Shown piece by piece: positions 1-10,635 of a stretch of 64,000 bases of DNA. Each line of letters opens with the position of its first letter. Within the stretch, counting starts at the first letter, position 1. Origin of the DNA: Ginglymostoma cirratum (Eukaryota); NCBI GenBank assembly GCA_024137785.1, contig JAHRHZ010000051.1:16994291-17058290 (forward strand). The letters run 5' to 3'. The notes beneath the pieces are model-generated. The model was not told where the DNA came from. It did not search any database and saw only the letters and a program-made list of their open reading frames with translations. Position numbers and translations under genes: made by a program.

Positions 1-655
1 CCCAGGCTGAATATGATTTGCTGTTCCTGCAGCCTTCGGGTGGCATCCCATTCCTCAGAAACCATTTCAACTCCCCTTCCCATTCCTCAGAAACCATTTC
101 AACTCCCCTTCCCATTCCTCAGATGACATGTCCATCCTTGGCCTCCTACAATGCCACAGTGATGCCACCTGAAGGCTGCAGGAACAGCAAATCATATTCA
201 GCCTGGGAACCCTGCAGCCCAATGGCATCAATGTGGATTTCACAAGCTTCAAAATCTCCCATCCCCCAACCGCATCCCAAAACCAGCCCAGCTCATCTCC
301 ACCTCCCTAACCTGTTTTTCCTCTCACCCCAAGCCACACCCCCATCTCCTATCTACTGACATCATCCCGCCCCCTTGACCTGTCCGTCCTCCCTGGACTG
401 ACCTATCTCCTCCCTACCCCCCTACCTACACTCACCTTTACTGGCTCCATCCCCACCTCTTCGACTTGTCTGCCTCCTCTCCACCTATCCTCTCCTCTAT
501 CCATCCTCTATCCGCCTCCCCCTCTCTCCCTATTTATTTCAGAACCCTCTTCCCCTCCCCCATTTCTGATGAAGGGTTTAGGCCCGAAACGTCAAGTTTT
601 CCTGCTCCTATGATGCTGCTTGCCCTGCTGTTTTCATCCAGCCCCATGCATGTTC
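1..655 (+). mobile_element. Penelope-like retroelement 3' fragment (GIY-YIG C-terminus plus pLTR), with an inverted 5' part at 1-47
   Basis: Encodes NHFNSPSHSSDDMSILGLLQCHSDAT..LQEQQIIFSLGTLQPNGINVDF, typical of a PLE endonuclease tail. Highly similar to 15806-16396. Confidence 0.8.
566..593 (+). ncRNA. Minimal hammerhead-ribozyme-like motif in PLE pLTR
   Basis: CTGATGA-a-GGGT-ttag-GCCC-GAAAC-GTC. PLE pLTRs are known to carry minimal hammerheads. Confidence 0.55.
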
Positions 656-929
656 TCTGGTTAGCCTTGATAAACTTATACTGACTGGCCAAAACAGAAA
701 GTGCTCCTTTCTTCAGTATTATCATCATTTATATTTATTTTGATGTTAAAAACAAGAAATGCTGGAAGTATTCATACAGGAACTATCTACCAGGATTTTA
801 CTAGCCTGTGAAATGCAGGCTAGGAAGGATGGGGAGTGAGTAAAATGTTGAAGATTGGCCCCCTGATGCCGTTCTACGACTGGGATATGTGTGTGCGTGT
901 AGATACCTGAAATTAATGGATGTCTTCTG

Positions 930-1360
930 AGGATAGGTTCAGATAGATTGGGCTTGTTTCCACTGGACTTTAGAAGAGCAAGGAGTGATTTGACTGACGT
1001 TTGAGATCCTGAATGGTCTTGACAAGACTGATGTGGAAAAGATATTTCCTCTTGTGGGTCAGTCCAGAACTAGGGCGCACTATTTTAAAATTAAGGGTTG
1101 CAATTTTAGGTCAGGAATGAGAAAAGTCATTTTCTCTCACAAGGTTGCATAGCTTTAGAACTGTTGCCTCAGATGGTGGTGGAAGCAATGTCATTCAATA
1201 TTGTTAAGACTGAGGTGGATAGTTTCTTATTAGGAAAGGGAATCAATGGTTAACAGGGTAAATTCAAGACACAAATAGATCAGTTGTGATCTCATTGAAT
1301 GATGGAGCAGAATTGATGGGCTAAATACTCTAGTCTGTTTCTATTTTAGCGTATGTTTAT
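930..1360 (+). mobile_element. Degenerate CR1-type LINE 3' end
   Basis: LGLFPLDFRRARSDL-like sequence, FSHKV..L.N.LP, and a GGGCTAAAT...TTCTAT 3' tail. Confidence 0.75.
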
Positions 1361-2091
1361 ATGTGTTGGGATAGTACATCAGAATGAAAGGCTGAATGGT
1401 CCGAAGACGGGACGGGGAAGGTAGCCTCCATTATTCAAACTATCTCCCCTTTAACCGTCAGTGCCCTTTCTGTCATTAATATTCTCCTGAAAATGACCTA
1501 TCCCAGATCCCATGCATTTCTCAGATTGGGCTGACAGATTCAAGGGTCTGACCCATGATTTTATTTGGATGGCAGGTCTGCAAGTAACCAGTTAGGAGGT
1601 TATTTGTGGTAAAATTGCCCAGCAGTTCTCACAGCTGGCAAATACAGCTTTCGGACTGACTTTTTATTGTGAAGTTGGAACCCCAAAGTATGTGGCAAAT
1701 TTCAACTCAATAACTTTTCATCATTAACTCACCTGGATAAATGCATAAAAAAAACTAACATGTAAATTTATACAAACAAAAAAATGTCATTGACAATAAA
1801 GGCCTTTATAATCACTTACTCTGGAAGGAGAAACAGTAATCAATGACTTAGAGTTCATGAAGAAAGTAAAAGATTCAAGGTTGGATTTAGATTCACACTT
1901 GGAGCTTATGCTTTCCTCACAAGATATCATTTGGATTAAAACAATTTCAAACTGTAAGAACTCAGCGAACCTGGCTGGAAAGGTACATCAATTATTCTTG
2001 AAAATCAAAATATAGCCACCACTGTGGTGTATGCAGGTTGCTGATAGACAGTTCTGCAGACCCATCCCTGGATCTTCTTCTCTGTTTTCTA

Positions 2092-2342
2092 ACCAACCTG
2101 TTCAAGGATATTATTACCAACCTCTGAAGCAGGTAGGACTTGAACCTGGGTCTTCTACTCCATAGGCAGAGGCACTACCACTGCACCACATGTGCTCCTG
2201 AGTCTAGGCTGCCTTTTATAATATATAAGTGTTCTAATCAACCAGTTCAAAGATATTATAGACCATCCCTGGAGGAGGTGAGACTTGAACCTGGTCCACT
2301 TGGGCGAGATGTAAGGACATTACCACCGCACCACAAGAGCTC
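2092..2342 (-). mobile_element. Two tandem short tRNA-derived SINE copies
   Basis: Two ~110-bp similar units. Minus-strand A box TGGTGCRGTGG and B box GTTCAAGTC. A related copy is at about 45000-45095. Confidence 0.6.
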
Positions 2343-2684
2343 TGTTTATCATTACTTTATTGTTTTTTATATCCAGAAATTCTCTTTCACACACTGAATT
2401 ATTTTTTCCTCCATCACCAAATCACCGTGACATTTTTGCTTTTGTTTTTAACAATTACCAACAACCAGTAACCACCCATGTAGCCAGTTTAGGTATTCAC
2501 ATGTGAATCCCATTAAGGGCAATGCAAACCGTCAAAAGTGAGGAAGAGGTAGGGAGAATGGGAAAGGGGCAAAATCAAAATGGAGTTGGATAAGGAGATA
2601 AAGCACTGCATTCCCTGCTGTGCCCATCTCTCCTTAAAGGTGGACACCACATGGTCCCTCTCTAAAAGCATCCGGACATAAACT

Positions 2685-3478
2685 CAGAACATAGAACAGC
2701 GCAGTGCAGGCTCTTTGGCCCTTGATGTTGCGCCGACTTATGAAACCAATCTGAAGCCCATCTAATCTACACTATTCCATTATCATCCATATGTTTATCC
2801 AATGACCATTTAAATGCCCTTAAAGTTGGCGAGTCGACTACTGTTGCAGGCAGGGCATTCCACGTCCTTACTACTCTCTGAGTAAAGAACCTACCTCTGA
2901 CATCTGTCCTATATCTATCACTCCTCAATTTAAAGCTATGACTCCTTGTGCTAGCTGTCACCATCCGAGGAAAAAGGCTTTCACTGTCCACCCTATCTAA
3001 TCCTCTGATCATCTTGTATGTCTCTATTAAGTCACCTCTTAACCTTCTTCTTTCTAACGAAAACAGCCTTAAGTACCTCAGCCTTTCCTCATAAGACCTT
3101 CCCTCCATACCAGGCAACATCCTGGTGAGTCTCCTCAGCACCCTTTCCAATGCTTCCACATCCTTCCTATAATGCGGCGACCAGAACTGTACGCAATAGT
3201 CCAAGTGCGGCCGCACCAGAGTTTTGTACAGCTGCGACATGACCTCATGGCTCTGAAACTCAATCCCTCTACCAATAAAACCTAACACACCGTACGCCTT
3301 CCTAACAACCCTATCAACCTGGGTGGCAACTTTCAGGGATCTATGCACATGGACACCGAGATCTCTCTGCTCATCCACACTACCAAGAATCTTACCATTA
3401 GCCCAGTACTCTGTATTCCTGTTACTCCTTCCAAAGCGACTCACCTCACACTTTTCCGCATTAAGCTCCATTTGCCAT
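2685..3478 (-). mobile_element. CR1-type LINE 3' fragment, young (intact 234-aa ORF2 C-terminus)
   Basis: ORF 2767-3471 with LYKTLVRPHLDYCVQFWSP, LFSLERRRLRGDLIETYK and FFTQRVV..WNALP. Followed by a 3'UTR ending in a TTCTATG-type tail. Confidence 0.93.
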
Positions 3479-3641
3479 GGAAAAGGGGCAAGCCATCAGC
3501 AGATATGACCCTCTCTATAGGCAGCTGCCTGGACCTGTTAATATCTAACTTGGAGTCCACAGATCATGTATATTTTGGTTGTGGGCAATTGTACCTTCTT
3601 TTTGGCTATTTGAAAAATCTTTTATTGTGCTTTTGGTTGTT

Positions 3642-5042
3642 ATAACTCGTTTGTTAAATTGTCCACTCTATTACACTGGTCTAGTTGTGACTCTTCAATG
3701 TAAACCCACATTGTACATGTCGATGGGCTAGCCAGCAATGTAAGTGTACTGTCATTCTCAACTGATGTGCTTGGCATTATCCAAGATTGTGAAGTCCATG
3801 TCCTAAACCACATCAAGACCATTCATCAATAACTCCAGTGCTTGCTGACTAGCTAGGCCCCATTTCACTTTTGGTTGCACTTCAGCCTCATGCTCCTGAT
3901 CTTCATCTGGTGTGGAGGAGTTGAGTCAAGTAAGAGGACTACTGCAGGTCTGCACAGGGGCCTGGCCAATTTGGCTATTAACAGAGACTACAGAGATAGG
4001 GATGGATGAGACCACAAGGGGATTTACAAACAATAATGAGAGTTTTAAAGTGAAATGGAGCCTAGCTAGTCAGCAAGCAGCGAAAGGTGTCAGAGTTGTT
4101 GACTGTCTGCCCCTCATCCATGGTTACATACATGCTCGAGTGTCTTTGGAGATGGCGTCCACCAATATTCTCAATATTCTCTCTCTCTTTGGAGAGAGAT
4201 GGAAACCACAGGGGATATGGTGCTTTACCTCCCCTTCCAACTTCATTTTGATGTCGCCTCCTCCCTCTGAGCCTACCCCTCACTCACTTTTGGTGGTCTG
4301 CATTCCCTTTCATGGGTTTTGTATGTGAATAAATCATTTGGAAAATGTGGGAGATTTAATGGTGCTGGTTAATAGATTTGAAAACAAACAAATTGTCTGG
4401 TGATGGAGAGAATAAAAATGTTCAATTAATTGTAAGAGCACATCTTGATGAAAGAAAAGGGATCCTGTGACTGTGCTAACTTTTGTCTATACTGAGCGAC
4501 TAATGTAAAATAAAGCTTGATATAACATTTAGCCAAGAAGATAGTAAGTCTGATGGCCAAAAGAAATAGATTTTAAGAAATGTCTTAAAGGAGGTAAACA
4601 ATGGACAGAAGCTCGAAAGATTCAGGGAGAGAATTTCAGACCTTAGACACTTGGCAGCTAAAAGCATGACTGCTAATAGTGAAGTATTTAAGATTGGGAA
4701 TGCTCAAGAAGGGCGAATTAGAGAAATGCAGGGAGTTGTGGAGCTGGAAGAGACTACAGAGATAGGGATGGGTGAGACCACAAAGGGATTTACAAACAAG
4801 AATGAGAGTTTTAAAGTGAAATGGGGCCTAGCTAGTCAGCAGGCACTGGAGTTATTGATGAATGGTCTTGATGTGGTTTAGGACATGGACTTCACAATCT
4901 TGGATAATGCCAAGCACATCAGTTGAGAATGACAGTACACCTACATTGCTGGCTAGCCCATTGACATGTACAATGTGGGCTTACATTGAAGAGTCACAAC
5001 TAGACCAGTGTAATAGAGTGGACAATTTAACAAACGAGTTAT
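3642..5042. repeat. 230-bp inverted repeat (3642-3871 / 4813-5042) plus ~97-bp direct repeat (3983-4079 / 4749-4845)
   Basis: Direct sequence comparison. The near-identical ORFs 3640-3822(-) and 4862-5044(+) reflect it. Confidence 0.92.
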
Positions 5043-5045
5043 GAG
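4545..5045 (-). mobile_element. Degenerate L2-like LINE fragment, locally duplicated (see findings)
   Basis: GTCTTAAAGGAGG...AGGGAGAGAATTTCAGACCTTAG...GGCAGCTAAAAGCATG resembles the reverse complement of an L2 ORF2 end. Related to about 53380-53730. Confidence 0.5.
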
Positions 5046-5434
5046 TACGGCAAATGTATAGCTGTGCACAGCCCAAATGGACTGAGATATGAGTTACCCA
5101 CCTCTATTCATATCTAAATCAAAAGAATGCAAGTTTGGGAAAGAGGTCATAAGGAAATAGTAACACATTGAATTTATCTTGTGAAAATTCACAAGTAAAC
5201 TACAGTAAAGAATTTAAGACTGCTTCTATGCTAATATCATTCATTCTGAAGCAATTGCATCTATCAGTTGGATTAGAACTTGGGTTAGGAGAATGACAAT
5301 GAGTATATTGGCTATTTCCGTGACTGTAACCTTGCGCTGCCTCATGAATTAAGTGATGAATTAGGAGATATACCCTGTGAAATTAAATTTAACTTTAATG
5401 TATGGAAGAACTGAGCATTGTATTGTGCCACTTA

Positions 5435-5600
5435 ATTCAGTTGGCTGGGTGGTTAGTGTGTAATTCAGAATAACACCAACAGTATGGGTTTGATTCTCGC
5501 TCTAGCTGAGGTAGGCTTGAGACCTGCTTCCTTACTCTACCCGTGGGAGCAGACAACACTGCCAAACCGCCACTGAGAAAAGAAAATGGCTCTGGATGAA
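5435..5600 (+). mobile_element. tRNA-derived SINE fragment
   Basis: TCAGTTGGCTGG...GGGTTTGATTC A/B boxes; same family as 54130-54345. Confidence 0.55.
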
Positions 5601-8600
5601 GCATCAGCTGGTAAAAAGAATCTTCCTTCTTATGGAGTACATATCAAGGAAGGAAATGCAGCCCAGAGGATAATAGATAAAAAGAAACATTGTTTGCATC
5701 AATTTCTGCGCCCTTTCATACATAATTTTGTTACTCTCAAAAACTGGTTGGGAAACACATTGCGCATCTGTTTTAAATGCTTATTTTGGGTACCTGAGTT
5801 AAATGCTGATAACTATTTTGGAATGTTCGTAAAACTCCCACTTGCTTGAATTTGCTTTGTGAGCTCTGGTTCCCAGAGTGCCAAGCAAGCATAAAATATT
5901 GCAGTGGAAATAGAATTGCAAGGCAGTATTGTGGACAAAATTCTAGGTTATTACCTTCAACGACCAGGTCAAATCAAACCTCATTACAGGATTGTGCAAG
6001 TGAAAAGCTCAAATTTAGTTACAGGTGAATATATGACAGTGTGATGCAAATAATGATCATGAACAATTACATTCTTCAATGCTTATGAATTACATCTACT
6101 AATACAAACTAATTCTGAAATACTACAGCAAACATTCTTTGATTTCTTTTTATCCATTCAACACCATTACCATTTAGCCACAAGCTTTAAAACAAAAACC
6201 CAAAATGGCTCCATTTCTAATTCCCTTTCTAGCTACAGACATGCACTTATCTTTAGAAAAAAATCTTGAGGCATCTGGAGTCTCTGCTGGATAAACCATC
6301 ACCATGAGGAAGCAGCAACTCAGTGCTGTCACCCAATCCATTACCACAGCACTCCACCATCTTTGCTATATTAACATAATTATTTTGAATCTGTAAATAT
6401 ATTTGTGTGGTCTTAAGCCATCAACGTTTATTTAATTCTAGACTAGCTTACAGCATAACAGTTGTTTCATGTTAAGCAGACGGTGGACTGTTCAAAATGT
6501 TAGAAAATACAAAACTTAACAAACCGCTTCCGGAAAGATAGGAGAGCTGTATTGAGCTGTTTGTTAGGTTATATGAAATCTTAAATACTTAGAATCATGT
6601 ATCAATACATGCAAAAAGAACTGATATTGTAGCATAATGTTTATCATGTGAATTTAAAACAAAATAAAACACTAACATTGAAATAATAAAGACATTTGTA
6701 AAATCCTCTCAACAGCTTTTTGATTTTCTTCATTTTTTTAAATCATTTATTTTTTCTGGAGTGTTTTTGGGATATTCCTGTTCCAATTATTCTGAGTATT
6801 ATTCTTATTCATATTTGTGGCTGTCTTTCTTTGTGTGTAGGAGAGAGGCAGTGAGGCCAGAAATGGACAATTCAACACAGCAAAAGCAAAAAGGACAAAA
6901 TAGGACAACATTCTACGTGGAAATCAGAGAACGATACAGCAAACATTAAATGATTAATTCATCAGGCCATATGAATGTAAGGAAAAGGAGCAGGCTTAAA
7001 AAAACATACGAAGGATTTTTTTAACAGGGGAAGACAGAGGTGAGAAAGAGAATCAATTTTAGCAAAAATGAAGTTTAAAAAAAAAGAAAGAATGGATCCC
7101 AATTGGCACAATAATTGGGACCATTTTTCAATCAGCCCAACTGAAGTTGTTTTTGAAAGTTCTCTGTCTGGATTCATCCATTTGCCAAACAGTTACGCAT
7201 TTGATGGAGAACCGTGAAGCCTTTTTAAACGTTCACATCATTTACAAGAGCCCAGGTTTTCATTAAAAAAGAGACAAGCATCAAAGCCCCTGATTTAAAT
7301 GGCGTGTGCCTCGCCGATTTGAGTGAGCGAATGACAAAGCTGAGAGAAAAAATGTTCACTCGAGCAATTATTTCTCCATGGTGAATTTGTATTAGTTTGC
7401 TGGAAAGAAGCATATGTTTGGCCTGGGGCAAGACTCCCTCCGGCTGCGGCAGAGTGATCAGGCTGAGAGAGGAGACACAGACCTGGGACTGCAGGCACAT
7501 AACAATCCCAAGTACAGGACCAGCCCCAGCTTCTGAGTTGTATTTAGAACCTGCCACTGTTGAACTCTCAGAATTATATTTCTCATGTCGAGTTATGCCA
7601 GATAAATTGAGAAAAATGTTTAAATATTGTTTGTGCCATAAGATACCAAGTTAAGTCTCCTTGTAAGCTAAGCCCCACATCTCGCTGGCATGAATTTGTA
7701 TTGAATTCTGTATATCTTTAAATATCAGGAACAAACTGGATCTTGAAAGGCCAAAAAGATTTAATCAAAACTAGACTACAGCTTAAAGTGCCCTTCACGA
7801 TCTATTCCTTTTTCAGATAAATGCATTAGATTGAAGGCATTTAGAAGTAGGACCATTGTTGATTGCATTACTAAAATAGCAAATAAAGATATTTGATTAT
7901 GAATAATGGGAAGAAGCAGTTCATACAAAAAGACTGGAGAACAATGGACAACATATTTTCCCCCTGCTAACTTCATTTCAGGCCTGCACTAAACACAGGA
8001 AATGACTGCTATAACATTAAAATATTTTGCAAATTGAGTGTCTGGATCAAGTCCCTTTACTCAGTTAGAAAGACAAGACGGGAAAGAAGCACAGACAAAA
8101 AAAAGTGTGTTTACATTTGAAGTGTCATTGAAATAGTTTCTGAAATGATAATATTGCACTGTACAGCAGTGTATATGAGGCTTGCACCAAAATAAAACGA
8201 TATGTTTACTAAGTTATATTTACCAAAAAATACTCAAAAAATAGCAGTCTAGGCCAGAAGTGAAGCGAAAAAATTAAAAACTTCTTTAAAGATCCATTAC
8301 TTTGGTTATTAGAAAGATTCTTTACACAAGCAATCAAATTCAGTTAGGGTCTGGTAAACGGGAAAGAATTTGATCTCTCCGAGTGTTTACATGCAACCCT
8401 GTCCCTGAAACAGAATATACATTAAATTCTGTCAAATTATCATATGGCACATGTGCTGCGCGGGATGGAAGGGATGTAAAATCAGTGGGGATTCATACAT
8501 GCCTGTTTACGAGAACTTGATCTGAATCATTTGATTCACAGCTAGAAGAAATCTGGTGGTTAAAAGATAGACATATTTTTATTCCACAGGAACAAAAGAA

Positions 8601-9039
8601 TGAACCAGTATTCAACAGTGATATTGTGAATATCATTTAGAGTAGTTACGTACATAACATCAAAATAAACTGGTATCAGCCATTTAAATAGAGCACCCTG
8701 GAACCAAATGGGAACTAATCACTTTTAGATATCAGGTAAAATACACCATCACTTTACCTTGGAAATGATGGAAATGGGTCATAAGTTCAGTAGATCAGGT
8801 ATGATTATACACATATATAGTAATTCTGGTTCAATTCCAAGATAGTTCTTAGGATCTGGAGATTTAGATAAACAAGAGTTGACTTGAGCATATTAGAGTC
8901 ATTGAGTTTTTTAAAATCATCATTGTCACCAATATACCAAACCAGCCTTAGCTAACTGAGGGAAAGGATATTTGAGGAGCAGGTATTTGAAAACTGAGAG
9001 TATGGTCATAGTTTACTGGACAGTTGTGATCCTTACTCT

Positions 9040-9645
9040 CTTATCTGCTTCATGGACTCAGATGACAAAAAGAAGACATCAAACCACTGGAGAAGTGCCA
9101 TAGGCAGTGCCTTCACAAGAACCTCTGAATCCAGTGGCGAGAAAAGTGACCCAACTGTAGTGTCCTTTCCCAAGCCAACATGCCAGCATCAAGCTACTAA
9201 TCACTCAAAACCAGCACAATTGGTTGAGGGACAAGTCATTTGTATGCATCAGATTCCCAAAGCAACTGCTTTGCTCAGAACTCAGTTCACCAGAAGACTG
9301 CCAGGAGGACAACAGAAATGTTCTCGGGATGCCTTCAAAGTATCAGTCAAAAGGTCAAACATCTCCACTGACTCATAAAAGGTCCTGGCTTGTGACCAAC
9401 CAAAATGGAGAAAGTTTATTTTGTAAAGCAATAGACACATTGAAAGATGTTGTGGGACACATGCAGAGGCCAAGTCAATGCATCATAGGGAAGGCACAAA
9501 CCTCCAAAAAATACATATACCCAAGCCTTGCATGTGGCAGAGTCTTCAAATGGCATATTGCATTTATGAGCAGTTTCAGAAATAATGGCCAAAGAGTGGA
9601 AGCAAAACATCCTCAATCCCAAGGAAACACTAAGAAGAAGATTAA
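9040..9645 (+). mobile_element. Degenerate RTE-clade LINE 3' fragment
   Basis: Frameshifted PKQLL.SELS / RRLPGGQQK..RDAFKVS.KRSNI, a C-terminal C..CGRVF..HI zinc-knuckle-like motif and an AAGAAGAAG tail. Confidence 0.7.
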
Positions 9646-9909
9646 AATGGTCTAATTATTCATCAACATGTGATACCATAAATAAAACTTCCCATGACAT
9701 TTTCAGCACAGAAAGATAGCATAACGTTTATACTCTGTGACCAGTAATCTCGTGGTATGGACTAGTGATCACAACATTTAAATTAGTATCCAAAGTTAAT
9801 AAGTAAATATGGAAATTAAAGTTACTATCAATAATTACGACCATCTAAGTATTGTTTCATTGCAAAATCTCAAGAATTAGTTCCCTCAATCAAATTCCCA
9901 GATTACTAA

Positions 9910-10106
9910 TAAAAACTGAAAGAACTACCGATGCTGTAAATCAGGAACAAAAACAGAAGTTGCTAGAAAATCTCAGCAGGTCTGGCAGCATCTGTGAAGA
10001 AAAAAGTCAGAGTTACCATTTCGGGTCACCGGCCCAGAATGCTAACTCTGATTTTTTTTTCACAGATGCTGCCAGACCTGCTGAGCTTTTCCGGCAACTT
10101 CTGTTC
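9910..10106. mobile_element. Short palindromic non-autonomous element (PLE-pLTR-derived, MITE-like)
   Basis: Arms of ~70 bp at about 9952-10020 and 10038-10106 are reverse complements. Shares the CAGCAGGTCTGGCAG motif with the PLE end at 49500-49600. Confidence 0.7.
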
Positions 10107-10454
10107 CAATTCCCAGCTTATCGGTTGAATTGATATAAAAATAATTTTAAACTACATTCGTAATGTAATCAGCACGAAGTGATTTCACTATAGTACAAAA
10201 CATGCTTTGCAAATCTGAAATCAGGACATCTTAAGGTTCTAGGCTCAGTCTTGTAGGAGATTATAGTCTTTTATCACTTTAGTTTAACATTTTATTTAGC
10301 ATTGATCCTGAGAATTTTGAAATCTTATTTACAAAGTGTTCATGACTTCCATTGAATCCCTGGATGGGGGTTATTAAACATGCCTTAATACTTAGATTAA
10401 GCATTCTCTTGATCTTACCCTTAAAGCATTTCAACTTCTAACTATTTGGAAGTA

Positions 10455-10635
10455 GTTATATTATCCTTTAGAGAAGGAAATTTGCCGTCCTTACCCAGCC
10501 TGGCCTATAGCAATGTAGTTGATTCTTAACTGTCCACTAATATGCCCGAGCAAATCACTCAGTCATAGCTATTTAGGGATGGCTAATTAATGCAGACCTT
10601 AGCAGTGCTGCCCACATCGTACGAATGAATTTTAA
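10455..10635 (+). mobile_element. SINE fragment of the same family as 54865-55220
   Basis: TCCTTTAGAGAAGGAAATTTGCCGTCCTTACCC...TAGGGATGG...GAATGAAT, reverse-complement similar to 54870-55030. Confidence 0.65.

Noticed and set aside
47-123. 32-bp direct repeats as a possible CRISPR-like array
   Set aside because: Units are contiguous with no spacers and lie within a Penelope-like element in a vertebrate genome.
2767-3471. 234-aa ORF as a host gene
   Set aside because: It is the C-terminal part of CR1 LINE ORF2, 5'-truncated and lacking the endonuclease and RT core.
3640-5044. Two nearly identical 60-aa ORFs on opposite strands
   Set aside because: By-product of the 230-bp inverted duplication of decayed repeat sequence, not a gene pair.
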